From assembly GCF_021028975.2 (NCBI RefSeq), contig NC_059438.1, positions 43,400,001 through 43,464,000 of the forward strand: a DNA stretch of 64,000 nt, given 5' to 3'. The translations under genes were made by a program, and so were the position numbers. The stretch's first letter is position 1, and each line of letters starts with the position of its first letter. Of this stretch, positions 12,615-54,599 are shown one piece after another. This DNA is from Sphaerodactylus townsendi (Eukaryota). The notes under the pieces were generated by a model. It was not told the origin of the DNA. It worked only from the letters and a program-made list of their open reading frames with translations, and ran no database searches.

Positions 12615-14400
12615 TAGTCCACATAGGCTACCTCATAGAATTCTCCAAAATCCCGAAGCCTCGCTTCCAGGGGTCTCCAATCCACCGCAATCCAGAAAAA
12701 AAATTAAGGACACAAAAAGCCATTCACCACCTACTCCAGATTCAGGCCATAGAACCAGTACCGCCTTCGGAACGGTTCCGCGGAATTTACTCCCACTTCT
12801 TTACCGTGCCCAAGCACAACGGAGAATGGTGAGCAATCCTAAATCTGCGGTACGTCAATAGGTCCATCCATCTTCGCCGATTCAAGATGGAAACTCTCTG
12901 GTCCATAGTAGAGAACCTACGACCAGGGGACCATCTGACTTCCCTAGACCTCACCGAGGCCTACTTACACATTCCAATCAACCCACGCCACAGATGCTTC
13001 CTGAGGTTTGCCGTGGGAGAAGAACACTTTCAGTACAGGGCCTTACCATTTGGGTTAGCCACAGCCCCACGCATTTTTACCAAGGTCCTAATGGCCCCAA
13101 TCACGGCCCTGAGAGAACAGGGTGTTCACGTCCATCCGTATCTGGACGACATCCTGATCAGGTCAACCTCCAGACAACAGGCAAAGTCAGACGTGGAATG
13201 AGTTATGAGAACACTTGTCTATCATGGTTTCTTAGTCAACTTGCAAAAGAATTCACTCGTGTCAACGACCCGCATGGAACATCTAGGGGCTGTGATAGAT
13301 ACTCAAACCAACGCGCTATACATTCCTCACAGCAAAGCCATCAAAATACAGAGACTTGTGATATCCATTCTCCAGGCCAGGAGGGTCTCACTCCTGCTAC
13401 TAGCCAAATTGATGGGTCTTCTCATATCAATCATAGACATGCTACAATGGGCCCGCTTCCATGCGAGAACTCTACAGAGGTTCCTCAGGCCCTACCAATG
13501 GCACATCATGCAGAAAAAGGACAGATCATTAGAGATCCCCATACAGGTCAAAAGCAGTCTCCTTTGGTGGTCACATCGCAAGAACTGTCAACCAGCAAGT
13601 CGTACCTACACGACAACAGACTCCAGATATTCACCGATGCCAGCCTTCGAGGTTGGGGAGCATCTTTCAACGACCACATAGCTCAGGGAATCTCGACTCC
13701 AGACCAGTCACACCTTCCCATCAACCTTCTAGAAATGATGGCCATACGTCTTGCGCTGCAACAGTTTCAGTCATCCATTCAAGGTCATCATGTACTGGTG
13801 AGAACAGACAATGTGGCAGCCAAAGCCCACCTCAACAACCAGGGGGGTTCGAGATCCCTCAGACTTCATCGGGAAGCTGTCAACATTCTTTCGTGGGCCG
13901 AAACACACCTCAAATCACTATCAGCGGAACACATCAGGGGAAACCTTAACATCGAAGCAGATTGGCTGAGCAGACAGACCATTCTAAAGGTGGAGTGGAA
14001 ACTCCATCCAGCAATCTTTCGTCAAATAACCCAAGCTTTGGGAATCCCCCTGATAGATCTGTTTGCATCAGAAAAGAATACACAACTCCCAGTCTTCTTC
14101 TCCAGATACCATCATCACCACACAGCAGCCACGGATGCCCTGACCGCCCCATGGCCCCCAGGCCTTCTATATGCCTTTCCACCGGTCCCAGTCATCCCCA
14201 AGCTTCTACGGAAGATCTGGAGGGAGAGGGCAGAATTCATCCTGGTCGCTCCATGGTGGCCCATACGACCATGGTTCTCATCCATTCTTCAACTGTCCAA
14301 GACCCGACCCATTCGCCTGCCGACTCCTCCAGACAGCATGTCTCAAGGCCCTATACTTCATCCAAAACCCCAACTGGTTCTGTCTAACCGCATGGCACTT
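12615..14400 (+). pseudogene. DIRS pol: reverse transcriptase, RNase H and methyltransferase-like domain, with stops and a frameshift
   Basis: FTVPK, LDLTEAYLHIPI, QYRALPFGLATAPRIFTK, YLDD, FTDAS, INLLE, RTDN, N..ADWLSR, DLFAS, YAFPP; TGA stops at 12830 and 13199. Confidence 0.92.
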
Positions 14401-15410
14401 GAGCGCGCAACACTAGAAAGGAAGGGTTACTCTTCTAAGGTGATCGAAACATCATTGCCTCCCGCCGCCCATCCACTCTTCGCATTTACGATTCTTCCTG
14501 GAAATCCTTCGTAAAATGGGCAAACAAGCACGGCACGGATCCCATCCGACCCAAGGTCGCTCAGGTTTTATCCTTTCTTCAAGCAGGTTTGGAATGGGGA
14601 CTTAGTAGCGCGACACTCAGAAGACAGGTTACAGCATTATCCATGGTTTGGGTCCGACTACAAGGAATTCCAGCCTCCAAGCATCCAGACATCCTTTGTT
14701 TCCTTAAAGGCGTACGGCAATCTTAACCACTGGTCATCCATAGGTTTCCATCTTGGAAATTGAACACTGTACTGAATGCTCTTACCAAACCACCATTTGA
14801 GCCTATCCAATCTATACCCCTGAGGTGGCTTCGCATGAAACTACTATTTCTGACTGCAATCACGTCTGCAAGAAGGGTTTCTGAACTTCGGGCACTCTCG
14901 GTGAACTCTCAACTATGTGTCTTCCACAAGAGCAAAGTTGTGATGCGCCTTGACCCCACCTTCACCCCAAAAGTGGGATCATCATTTCACCTCAAACAGG
15001 AAATCATACTTCTTACCTTTTTCCCATCTCCAAAACACCCAAAAGAAATCCTGTGGCATACACTGGATGTTAGGAGATCACTTAAAGCCTACATTATACG
15101 CACTGAAGACATCAGAAAAACAGAGGCCTTGTTCATCAATGTCTCAACACCTAACCTGGGAGCACAAATGTCACATGCCGCCATTAGTTCCACCATCAGA
15201 GCATGCATCACAGAGGCATACAAAGCTTCTAACATACCTATACCCTTAGGGATTACAGCTCACTCTACCAGAAGCGCAGCAGACAATGCAGCACTTATAC
15301 GTCTAATCCCGGTGGAGGACATTTGCAAGGCTACTTCATAAACACTACAGACTACAGTCCATGGCTGATAACAACACAGTTTTTGGACATAGAGTACTAG
15401 AACACATTTT
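14392..15410 (+). pseudogene. DIRS tyrosine recombinase (disrupted)
   Basis: KPPFEP, TSARRVSEL, LDVRR, AHSTRS catalytic motifs in ORF 14760-15341; upstream part interrupted by a frameshift and a stop. Confidence 0.9.
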
Positions 15411-15498
15411 TGGTGATTAATCCCACCCTACAGGGACACTGCTCGGGGAGGTCCCAATCCAAATCGGGATGCCACAGGAATTGCGCATCCAGGAGAAG

Positions 15499-15944
15499 CG
15501 GTCCGATGGTAGACTTTTACCCTGAAAGGGGACTTCCTTCAATGCAGGTGGGCAACGAGGGCATCCTGCCCCACCCCCCGAGAAATCACCAAAAATCCTC
15601 CATGTATATAGGGTCAGATCAGGTCCACATTTCAGATATATCTCAACACGTGACCCTACCAGCCAGTTGTCACTACAAGTGCAGCAGAGTTGCCAGTCAA
15701 GTTAATTTTTTGTGTTGTGTTACGATTGTTACTTCCTGTTGTGTTCATATGTTGTGGAGTTTTTTGTTCCTATACTACTATGTTAGTCAAATACTGGATC
15801 CAAGATGGGTGACTAAGCCTTCTTCAGGAAGTGACATCAAAATTAGTCCTGCCTCCCTGAGAATGAGTTAGGAATCACCCAATCAGGATGCCCTCGTCGC
15901 CCACCAGGAGAAGGCCCCTTCAGGGTAAGTCTACCAATGGACCG
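15499..15944. repeat. DIRS internal complementary region (15499-15568) and complementary right terminal sequence (15884-15944)
   Basis: cggtccgatggtagact...gagggcatcctg is the imperfect reverse complement of caggatgccctc...gtctaccaatggaccg. Confidence 0.85.
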
Positions 15945-15946
15945 TT

Positions 15947-16160
15947 CCCTTCCTCTCCCCACAACAGACACCTTGTGAGGTAGGTAGGGCTGGGAGAGTT
16001 CAGAGAGAACTGTGACTAGCCCAAGGTCACCCAGCAGGAATGTAGGCATGTGGAAACACATCTGGTTCACCAAATAAGCCTCTGCCACTCAAATGGAGGA
16101 GTGGGGAATTAAAACCAGTTCTCCAGATTAGAATCCACCTGCTCGTAACCACTACACCAC
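15947..16160 (-). mobile_element. tRNA-derived SINE (Squam3-like), truncated at the DIRS right end
   Basis: Reverse complement of the family at 54311 and 63667; A/B-box head. Confidence 0.8.
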
Positions 16161-16639
16161 GGTGACTCTCCACAGTGGCCCAGGACCTGTCTGTTTGGAT
16201 CTTGGCTACAACCCTGTTTAGAAGGTGATTGTGGCGGGGGCGGGGGAGAGATGTATGACCTTGGGCTGTTTCAGCAGAAATGAAATGCATCTCCAAGGGA
16301 GTCCCTTCCTATGCCTGCTCTGGAGCAATAAGCCTGGTACTTCCTGTTCTTGATGGAAGTGAACAGATCTTTGGGGGGGGGGGACCCCATTCATGGAAGA
16401 GATCTGTGAGATAAAGTGGGATTAAGGCCCAATCCTGTGGATTGGGGGGGGGGGCATGGTATTAGAGCCTGTACTGACAGTTATAATAACCTGGCCTTGG
16501 AAAATACACAGCTCTTGAAGATAAGTGCTGTTGAGAATCCAGGCCGACACTGTTATTTAACCTTCTGTCAGGTTAAATAACCTTGTAACCTTTTATTGGC
16601 TAATAAGATCAGGCAAGACTGAAGAATTAAAGAAGAGTT

Positions 16640-17670
16640 TAAAACAAAATGTCACGCTGATGAAATGGTAATGACAATTATAAATCCACGCTGATCAACA
16701 CAATATACAATGGAACAGACTAAAAAATATGGATCTTTTTCAGACTACAAGATTGATAAGAGGAGGACAAAAATTACATTGAAATTCTTATCATCAACAA
16801 AGAAAAAAATTAGTAAGGTTATTGTTCATAATGTGACATAAAATCAAGTCAACTATTTAAGAATAAATTTTAATGGGCAAAATGACACGTTTAAAGACAA
16901 TTATAAAATGACATGGGCAAGGATACAAGAGGATCTTCAAGGATGGACTACGTTAAAGTTTTCATGGCTAGGAAGAATCTTTACCATCAATATGAATATT
17001 TTACCAAAACTTTTTATTTCAAATGCTATTAATTTTTGTACATTTAAAAAAAACCTGAGAGAATGGCAGAATTAAAATAGATAAATCCATCTGGAATGAT
17101 ACAAAGTAAAGAATAAGATTTAAATTTCTCAATTGGCAGTACCCAATATCAAATTATATTATCAAGCAGCTGGTTTGGATTGGATTACAGATTGGATAAA
17201 GAACCCACATCAGAGAATAATAAAATCAGAGTCAGCAGATTTGGAAACAGATCAAAATTATGTTTAGAGAAGGATTACTAAACATTTGGGATACAAGACA
17301 AAGGAGAATCAATCCTCTAATATCTCATGTCATCTATAGAAGCATATTATGACTGGAATATGATGAAAAATATGGATTATGTAACTTATCAAGGCATGAT
17401 AGATGCTCAGGGAGAAATTAAAGTCTGGCAAAGAATAATGGGAAGGCAAAAAATGGAATGGTTACTATGTTTTCAAATAATCTCAAGATGGAGAAAGGAA
17501 ATCAACTCAGCAAAAGGAGAGGATTGACAGAATGGGAAAAGGAAAATTTGAAGCATGAAGAAGGCTTATTAGGATGAATATATACTCTTTTATTGTAATA
17601 TGACACAAACAAGTGAAAACGTGTGATCAAATGGATGCAGAATTGGTGGAAGAAATATCTTTCCCACAAT
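16640..17670 (+). mobile_element. Old L1/Tx1-clade LINE ORF2 fragment
   Basis: Degenerate motifs W..LKFSWLGRI...NMNILPK and LAVPNIKLYYQAA; A-rich. Confidence 0.7.
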
Positions 17671-19169
17671 GAGAATCCTTATGGGCACTCTTCCTAGCCC
17701 ATGTTCTATTTCCAGGACACAGCTAAACTTGGTAACGAACCAGGGGCTGGAGTGGGGGGGAGGGGTTAGAAAGAGCCCAGGATATGTCATTAGCTGTAAA
17801 TCGCTCACATGATGTGTTGATTGGAGCGTGTCTAGGATCTGGGACACTCCAAATTTGAATCTCCACTCTGGCATGGAAACTTGCTGGGTGACCTTGAACT
17901 ACTCATACACTCTCGACCTAATGTATTTCATAGGATTGTTATGAAAATATTGGAAGAGGGGAGAACGTAGTGCGCCACTTTTGGTCCATGTTATGAAGAA
18001 AAGTATATAAATCAATAAGGGTAAATAAATTTTAAAAAACAAAGGGTTAGTGAGACCTGGTCTGTATAACATCCTAATGAAAGTGACAGCACCTTTGCCA
18101 GTTTGTTCAGGAGCAAGACCCACTGTATTCAATGTTGCTTACTCCCAGGTAAGTGTGTAAGCAGTTAGACCCTCCTAAGTTCACTGACTTCAATGGATTT
18201 CAGAGTGTAATTTGCTAACACTAGGATTCCATTGTAAGACTGAGTCAACGGAGGTCATAATTGATGAAATTGGAACTTGGCATTCAGAGAAATATTTAAG
18301 TCATCAGTAGATTTGTACGTAAGACAGATACTAAACACTTTTTCCTGCTGCATTCACTGGTCCTCCACAGCTCTTTTTTAAAATTAATAAAAATCTGAAA
18401 TAATTTCAACTGCCAGTGGAAAGGATGAAAATGAGGCTCATTGCAATTACATGTTATTGTCCTAGAGTTTGTAGGCTGAGCAGTTCAATGTTAAAATGAA
18501 CTCTTCTTGCTCCTGGGAATTCACAAGCTGGCTATATTCTAGGAATATGAACATTCCCTGAAATGTACTGCAACCATTCCTTTTTAGAGGATTCTTAGTG
18601 AAATTACAATAAATAAGAACATTGCAAGCAATTAGCATCCAGTTCGTAGTCTCTTACTCCCATTTTAATAAGAATCTGCTTTACTGCTTTTCAGTGGCCA
18701 TTCAGAATTCAGAACAAACCATGTAACTGCTATCACAAAATTTCAGCATTTCAGTACATAAGACCATGTCTCAATTTTATCCACCAGTGGATATTCCTTT
18801 ATATTCTGAATCTTTGTTCAGTTCATACTATTTGTTCAATTATCAGTTTCCAAACTAGACTGACACACATTTGTGTTGTGGAAGACAAAAATACTAGATT
18901 GCCTCCTGGAATTCTCACATGAACTTTAATAGCTGAATTGGGGCGGGGGGGGGGGGGGAATCTCGCCGCAACCTGGCCTCTAAAGAGGTTCCTGGCAGCA
19001 CACACTGGAAGAAAACACACTGGAGGGAAATCCTTCAGTCGGGCTGCAGGCCCTCCCCTCTATGTGGCTCAATGAACTGCACCTCACTTTTAGCTGGCAT
19101 AGTGGCCAGAATCAAAAGGGAGTGTTCCTGGGATGAAAGCCCTCAGGAAGCTCAGCAGAAACATATTGT

Positions 19170-19430
19170 GGAAGGCTTTCATGGCCGGATTCAACTGGTT
19201 GTTGTGGTTTTTCTGGGCTGTGTGACCATCGTCTGGTAGATCTTGTTCCTACCGTTTTGCCTGCAGAGAGAAGTCTGTTAACACACTGTGTCCAGTGACA
19301 GCTGGACAGTGTGTAACATACTTCCCTCTGTAATACAACTCTGAAGATGCCAGTCACAGATGCAGGCGAAACGTTAGGAACAAGATGTACCAGACCACGG
19401 CCACGCAGCCTGGAAAACCCACCACAACTT
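19170..19430. mobile_element. Penelope-like terminal repeat remnant forming an inverted repeat
   Basis: gaaggctttcatggccggattcaactgg...gaagatgccag...ggcgaaacgttaggaacaag; same family as 25996-26255. Confidence 0.65.
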
Positions 19431-19747
19431 AGTAGAAATATCTCTACTCTCAAGGAATGCGCCAGGATTGTCCCCATTGGCGCCAGCGCAACATCAGCAT
19501 TGGTGTTAATTCTCCCTCACTAGCGTGTATGCTACTTATGCACTGGCAATGATGCCAATGGTAGGATCACACAGGCCCGCTGCCGCGATTGCACTGTTAA
19601 TAACATTTTCAGAGGATATTCAGGGGCCAAGAGAAATTAGATGACTTTCAGAGAAAAGTTTTTCCTGTGATGGAGCCCTGGTCACAGAATGTCTCTCTGA
19701 AATGCCCACCTGGGATTTTCCTTATAAGCTCTGTCAGTAGTTGGGTG

Positions 19748-19943
19748 CAGGTTGCAGACACAAAACCACACCCTCTTTGAAGAAGGCGGAGAATGAGAAA
19801 GGCCTCATTGGGTTCTTCATCAGCACCAATAAACATTCCTCTACTTACACCGAGGTTTTCCAGGCCTGGTCTTACTAACACTGCTTTCAAAGGAAGAGTG
19901 GAAGTTGTGTATAGTCTCCTGATGAAGAAACACAGAACCACAT
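19748..19943 (-). repeat. Local duplicate of ANKS6 exon 15 with flanks (exon copy 19849-19918, 24 nt shorter)
   Basis: Near-identical to 22779-23000; encodes ETIHNFHSSFESSVSKTRPGKPR. Confidence 0.92.
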
Positions 19944-21619
19944 GCTGGAGTCTGAGGTGCTGTCCCAAGTGCCATGGCGAGAGCAATTCCTCCTTGAGAG
20001 GATTTCCCCTTCATTCGGAATACAGGGTAGGAACAGTATGTGGACAGCAGCACTTGCTCCCGTCTCACTAGGAAGACACGCGCTACGATTAAGACCAAGA
20101 GTGGGGGAAACGGCGGCACCCAGACCTGCAACGATGATACCCGAGGCTCGCAATAAATATGCAGTCTTATGTTCTGTTCCTCCCTTTTTTTCTAAGCGGC
20201 TTAGGATGGCATTTTTAACTGTACTATATGTTTATCCCACTTTTCCCCCAAGCACATATGATCCCCTTATTTGAATTCTCACAACAATGTTGTAAGGTAG
20301 GTTCAGCTGATTGGCCAAGGTTGTCTGAACCTGGGTCCCACTAGTCTGATTCCTTCACCAGACTGGCCAAAATTGCATGGATCCCTACACTCTGCCTTCA
20401 GGATTTGGGTTCTGAATCATGTACGTGCAATGAGGGAGCTGCGGAATGTGCAGATACTAATTGTGAGTTTTAGAAAAATCTTATTTGCATGTTTTTGTCA
20501 ATATAAACTATATCTGCTACTATATGTACAACACAGGCACAATTCATTAGCATTATATATGTTAGTATACCTGTTTCCTTCATTTAAATTTATATATTCC
20601 TTCATTTGTCCTGCTATCATGATATTCATAAACAATACCTTAAAATAAAGCAGGATTCCAGCAGCATCTTAAAGACTTACCAAAATCCATTCATATTTCA
20701 GATTTTGTCAGAACTGACTTCAGGTGCATGAAGCACACGTCCATTAGGACAAATGGATGTGCTGTTACAGAGAGTGAAGTTACAGCCTCTGCCACCTTTC
20801 TGTTGTCTGCAACTTTGTTAAGTCTTGAAAGCCCCTCTGGCGCTTCCCTTATTTTCCTGCTAGAGGCTAACACAGCTCCCAATCCAGGATGAACAATTCT
20901 TGTTAACCAAAGTCACAGAGTCTTTTGAACCTCCCCTTGCATAGAGCTCTCTTCCTTGGTGACAGCAACCTCTGTCCTCTGTCTTTCCACAAATCCTCCT
21001 GTCACATTTCTGGGGCTCTTTCCGCACAGCAAATGTCTAGCAGGTTGCAGTCAGGATAAAGTAACTCATTTTCCTGCTTTCACGTTTGCATGCGTCTGTG
21101 CAGGCAGCAATTGGAGCTCACGGAAACAATCCTGGTTGCTGTCGCGCCTTCGAACAGAGATGCGTCTATTTTTAAAAAAAATTCCCCCACTGATGAGCAG
21201 CTCTGCAGGCATGCACAAATGAAGCCCCACAGCCATGCTGATGTCTCACGATACCACCATCTGCATCTGCATGGCTACACAGATGTAAGCTGTGAAATTT
21301 TTTTAAAAAGGAATGCGCAGCCGAATAAAGTGCCTCCTGCCCGGCCATTCGCTTGCAAGCGGCTGCAACCTGGGATTTTTCAAAAGACTTGCGAATAGCA
21401 CAATTCTTTAAAAAAAATGGTTTGGGGGAAATAACACGGGGCAGGCTGGCCTTAGGGGTGGGATCTGTGCAAAGTGCCCCCCCACGGATTTTTTCCCCCA
21501 TTCTAAACCTGTGTTTAATAGCCCGTGCGGAGCAGGCCTTGGTCTCACACTCCACTCTTCACTGTCTTCAATAGCTTTCCCCAAAAAGTCAAACACAGAG
21601 TTAACTTCAGCTCTGTTAA

Positions 21620-21908
21620 AAAAAGGTAGTCCCCTGGACAAGCACCATTACTGACCCATGGGGTGACGTCACTTCACAACGTTTACTAGGCAGACTATAT
21701 TTACGAGGTGGTTTGCCACATTGCCTTCCCCAGCCATCTGCACTTTATCTCCACCAAGGTGGGTACTCCTTTAACCAACTCCGGAAGGATGGAAGACTGA
21801 GGCAACCTTGAGTCGGCTCCAGAAACTGACTCCTGTTAGGAGCGAACGCAGGCTGCGAGCAGAGCTTGGACTGGCGAACTGCAGCTGACCACTCTGCCCC
21901 ACGGGGCT
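21620..21908 (-). mobile_element. Sauria SINE-like element, downstream of the ANKS6 stop codon
   Basis: aaaggtagtcccctg tail, gggtactc..ttaacc.ac..cggaaggatggaag core. Confidence 0.6.
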
Positions 21909-22095
21909 GTCAGCAGCTTCTTTCATTGCCAAGTCAGCTGTGCAGAATGAAGAGGTCGTGTCGTTAGCATATTCCCTTCACATTTGGCGGTGAGGTGCTG
22001 TTGAAGAAGTGCACTTGATACGTTTTCTTCTGGACATCTGGATTCAATCATCAGTGCTCCAGACTTCAGAACCTTAGAACATCTTGGCCCAAAGG

Positions 22096-51416
<29,321 letters not shown>

Positions 51417-52366
51417 CGCCCTGGCCCTCCACGCCGCCGTCGCCGCGCAGGGAGGGAGGGAGGGAGGGAGGGAGGCGGGCGCACAGCTGGCTGCCCCCTC
51501 CCCCGAGGAGAGAGAGGCTGACTGCCCGGCCGCCCCTCTGCTGCCCAAGCGGAGCGGGGGTCGCCTCACCCTCGCGGGGGGGGGGCACGGGGGCCGAGAT
51601 TCGCTGGCTGTGACGGGGGCTCTTGGACGGGCGCGCGCGATGATGGGGCTGCCGCGGAGCGGAGCAGGGAAGGGAGAGCGGGGGCACGCGGGGGGGGGGT
51701 GTCGGGGAGCAGAATGGCGACCCCCCCCGCCCTTCCAGCTCCCCAGACGCCGCCCGCGCCCCGCGGTCGCCTTGCGCTGCCTGCATCGGCCCCTGACCTG
51801 ACCTGATCGGGCCGCGGGGGGAGGCCTTTCGCATCACCTCCCCCGCCCCAATGGAAAGGCCGGGGCTTGACAGCCGAGCGGAGGGGCTTCTGCAGGCCAA
51901 GGAGGGCCGCCCTCCGCCATGAGGCCGCACCCTCATCAGGGAGGATATCTGCACATGCACAGATAACATGCTTTATGGGCCTTTCATATACGGCATGTCT
52001 ATAGAGAGCGTGTGTGGGGGGGGGGGGCATTCCCTGCAGTAGCCTCTTGGCTGGGCCTCGCCAGGACTGCAGAGGGCACCCCCCCTGCCCCCCCCCAGAC
52101 ATGAGGGTTCCCTGTGGCCGCCTCTGCCTTGGCCGGGGTCTCTCTCAGCCCCCCCCCCCCTCAAGAGGAGGCGGGGGCGAAGGGGGGGAGCGGAGTGGCC
52201 CGGCCCGGCCTGTGGTGGCGGCGCCGCCCCGTTCGTCCGCCGGCCCGTCCTTCCCTGCGCAGCCACCCCGGGTCCCGCCCCCTCCGCGACTGGGCCTGAA
52301 GGCCCGGGCGGAGCCTTGTCCGCAGGGCGCCGGCCCCGCGCTGCTGGGCGGGCAGGAGCTTCGGGG

Positions 52367-52761
52367 ATGCGGCGGCGGCGGCGTCGAGGGGCGCGGGGCG
52401 GCGGGGCCGCGGCGGTGCTGGGGGCGGTGGCGGTGGTGCTGGCGCTGGCGGCGGGGGGGCTGCTGCTGCTGAGGCCCGGCGGCGGCGGCGGCGGGGGGTC
52501 GTCGCTGGCGGCGGAGGCAGGGGGCGCGGAGGCGTCGTCGTCGTCGTCGGGGGGCGTCGGGCCGGCGAGGCCGGTGTACGAGAAGCCGGCGCTGGGGCTG
52601 GGGCCGGCGCTGGGCGAGCTGGGCCGGGCGGCGCGGCTGGAGCCGGGCAGCGAGCGGGAGCGCGCGCGGCAGGAGGAGGGCGTCCGCCGCCACCAGATCA
52701 ACGTCTTCCTCAGCGACCGCATCTCGCTTCACCGCCGCCTGCCCGAGCGCCGCCTCCCCAG
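52367..52761 (+). CDS. GALNT12: Polypeptide N-acetylgalactosaminyltransferase 12, exon 1 (later exons not found in the window)
   Basis: Basic tail and transmembrane helix, RPVYEKP, GELGRAARL, HQINVFLSDRISLHRRLPER; donor AG|GTGAGT; synteny with ANKS6. Confidence 0.92.
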
Positions 52762-54310
52762 GTGAGTCTCCGCCGCCAACGCCCCTAGAGAGAGAGCCGG
52801 GTTCGAATTCGCCGCCCGCCCTTCGGGGCCGAGGAGCCCCCTCCCCGCCCGCGGCGTGGCCGTGGCCCTTGCCGGTCCGAGGGAGCAGGACGGGGGGCTT
52901 ATGGGGGGGGGGGTCTGTGGGCGGGCGGCCTGCCCGCCCGCCCGCCCGCCTGCCTTCCATGCGTCCAGGGGACGGCCACCCTCACGGCGGGGGCGAGGCG
53001 CACCAGAGGCAGGACGTGGCCGGCCAAGGTGGCCCGGGGGCGGGGGCGCACTGCCTGCCTGCCAGGATCCCTGTCCTGGCCTGAGTGCCCCCCCCCCGCC
53101 GCTGGCTGGCCTGAAAGGGGCCTCCCCCCCCCCCCCCCGGACCCCACCTGGCTGGCTCTGAGGCCGCCTCGCCCTCCCCTCGAAGCCCTTCTGAACAGGA
53201 CCCTTTTACTAAGGTACAAAACTCTGCACACGTTTGAGTCCTGCAGCTGCTTCCTTTTGGAAAGAAGGGGGGGGGCTGGCTGATCCCTGGTGACCCCCAC
53301 CTGGCTGGGTGAGTTTGTGGCAGCACAAACAAGGAGTTCGGGAGCACCTTAACAGACCACTAGGGAGTTTGGAAGGGCAACCGTCTCTGTGGATTTCCGA
53401 CTACTTCCTCAATGTGAGAAAGTGGTTAGGGTGGGGCTGTTTGCAGGGAAAACAGAGGGAACACACAAAAGAGTGTTATGTAAAGCGCAAATGAAAAAAC
53501 GATTCAGCCAGAATGGGTTTTCACTTTGACTCTCTGGCAAGGGAAGCCGAGTGGTATATTTACTAAACACTGACACAAACATACATAATAAAACCAAGAG
53601 GGACAGTTGCCTTGCTTCTGTTGTGAGGTGAGACTCCAGAATATTTCTGAGTAAAGGCTACTCTCCAACCAAAGCAATACATTCTCAAATGCGGCTTTCT
53701 CTTTCAAATTACCGCCAGCCCTCTGTTTAGGGGCAGAGCATCTGCTTGGCACGTGTAAGTGTCCATCTCCAGTTAAAAGGACCTGTCTCTGCCTGAGGCC
53801 CTGGACTGCTGCTGCCAGATAGGGCTGGCCATGATGGACCAGTGGGCTGATCCAGTATGAGGCAGCTTTATGTTTTCAGGCGACACACTTCTAATCTGGA
53901 TGCCTCCTTGGAAAAAGACCAGCGCATGACTCCTCTGATTCTGCGTTAAAATAAAATGCAGAAAAGCAGAGTTGACACAAAGAACCGCTTGGCCTGTCCC
54001 CGTCAGGAGCTGTTGCCCCACAAATTCACTGTGAGTCAATACAGGTCCTCTGTTAATGGACATTCAGCCCTGTCCCCCTTTTGAAACACTGAGCCCTGCC
54101 CACCAAGAGTTCTGTTATCACGGGTGACAGGATCAGTGCCCCAGTTCTGTCATCTAGGCATGCCTGCTCGTTGCCGTCCTCAGATTGAGAGATCGGGACA
54201 GTCCTGGACTGGCTGTCCTCATTTCTCTGTGACTGGGGATGGCAGGTAGCGTCGCGGGGAGAGAACTCTGCGCGACACCCCATGATTTGTGGGGTGCTGA
54301 AAGGTGTAGG

Positions 54311-54589
54311 AGGTTAAGAGCTCATGTATCTAATCTGGAGGAACCAGGTTTGATTCCCAGCTCTGCTGCCTGAGCTGTGGAGGCTTATCTGGGGAATTCA
54401 GATTAGCCTGTGCACTCCCACACAAACCAGCTGGGTGACCTTGGGCTAGTCACAGCTTCTCGGAGCTCTCTCAGCCCCACCTACCTCATGGGGTGTTTGT
54501 TGTGAGGGGGGAAGGGCAAGGAGATTGTCAGCCCCTTTGAGTCTCCTGCAGGAGAGAAAGGGGGGATATAAATCCAAACTCTTCTTCTT
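54311..54589 (+). mobile_element. Squam3-like SINE
   Basis: B box ggtttgattcc and (CTT)n tail. Confidence 0.88.
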
Positions 54590-54599
54590 TTAACCACAC

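Larger units (their letters stand above)
1..15946 (+). mobile_element. DIRS1-like tyrosine-recombinase retrotransposon (5' end outside window), split by nested copia and gypsy insertions at about 2245-12614
   Basis: Gag-like motifs LKDPxDRKxE (~1460) and RQAWLRAW (~1750); start of pol PVGxRL (~2167) resumes as IVHIGYLIEF at ~12614; RT, RNase H, methyltransferase-like and YR domains follow; internal complementary region matches the right terminus. Confidence 0.9.

Noticed and set aside
12994-13600. N-terminal part of the 506-aa ORF 12994-14514
   Set aside because: Alternative frame of the RT; only the part from ~13600 (RNase H/MT) is genuine and is joined by a frameshift
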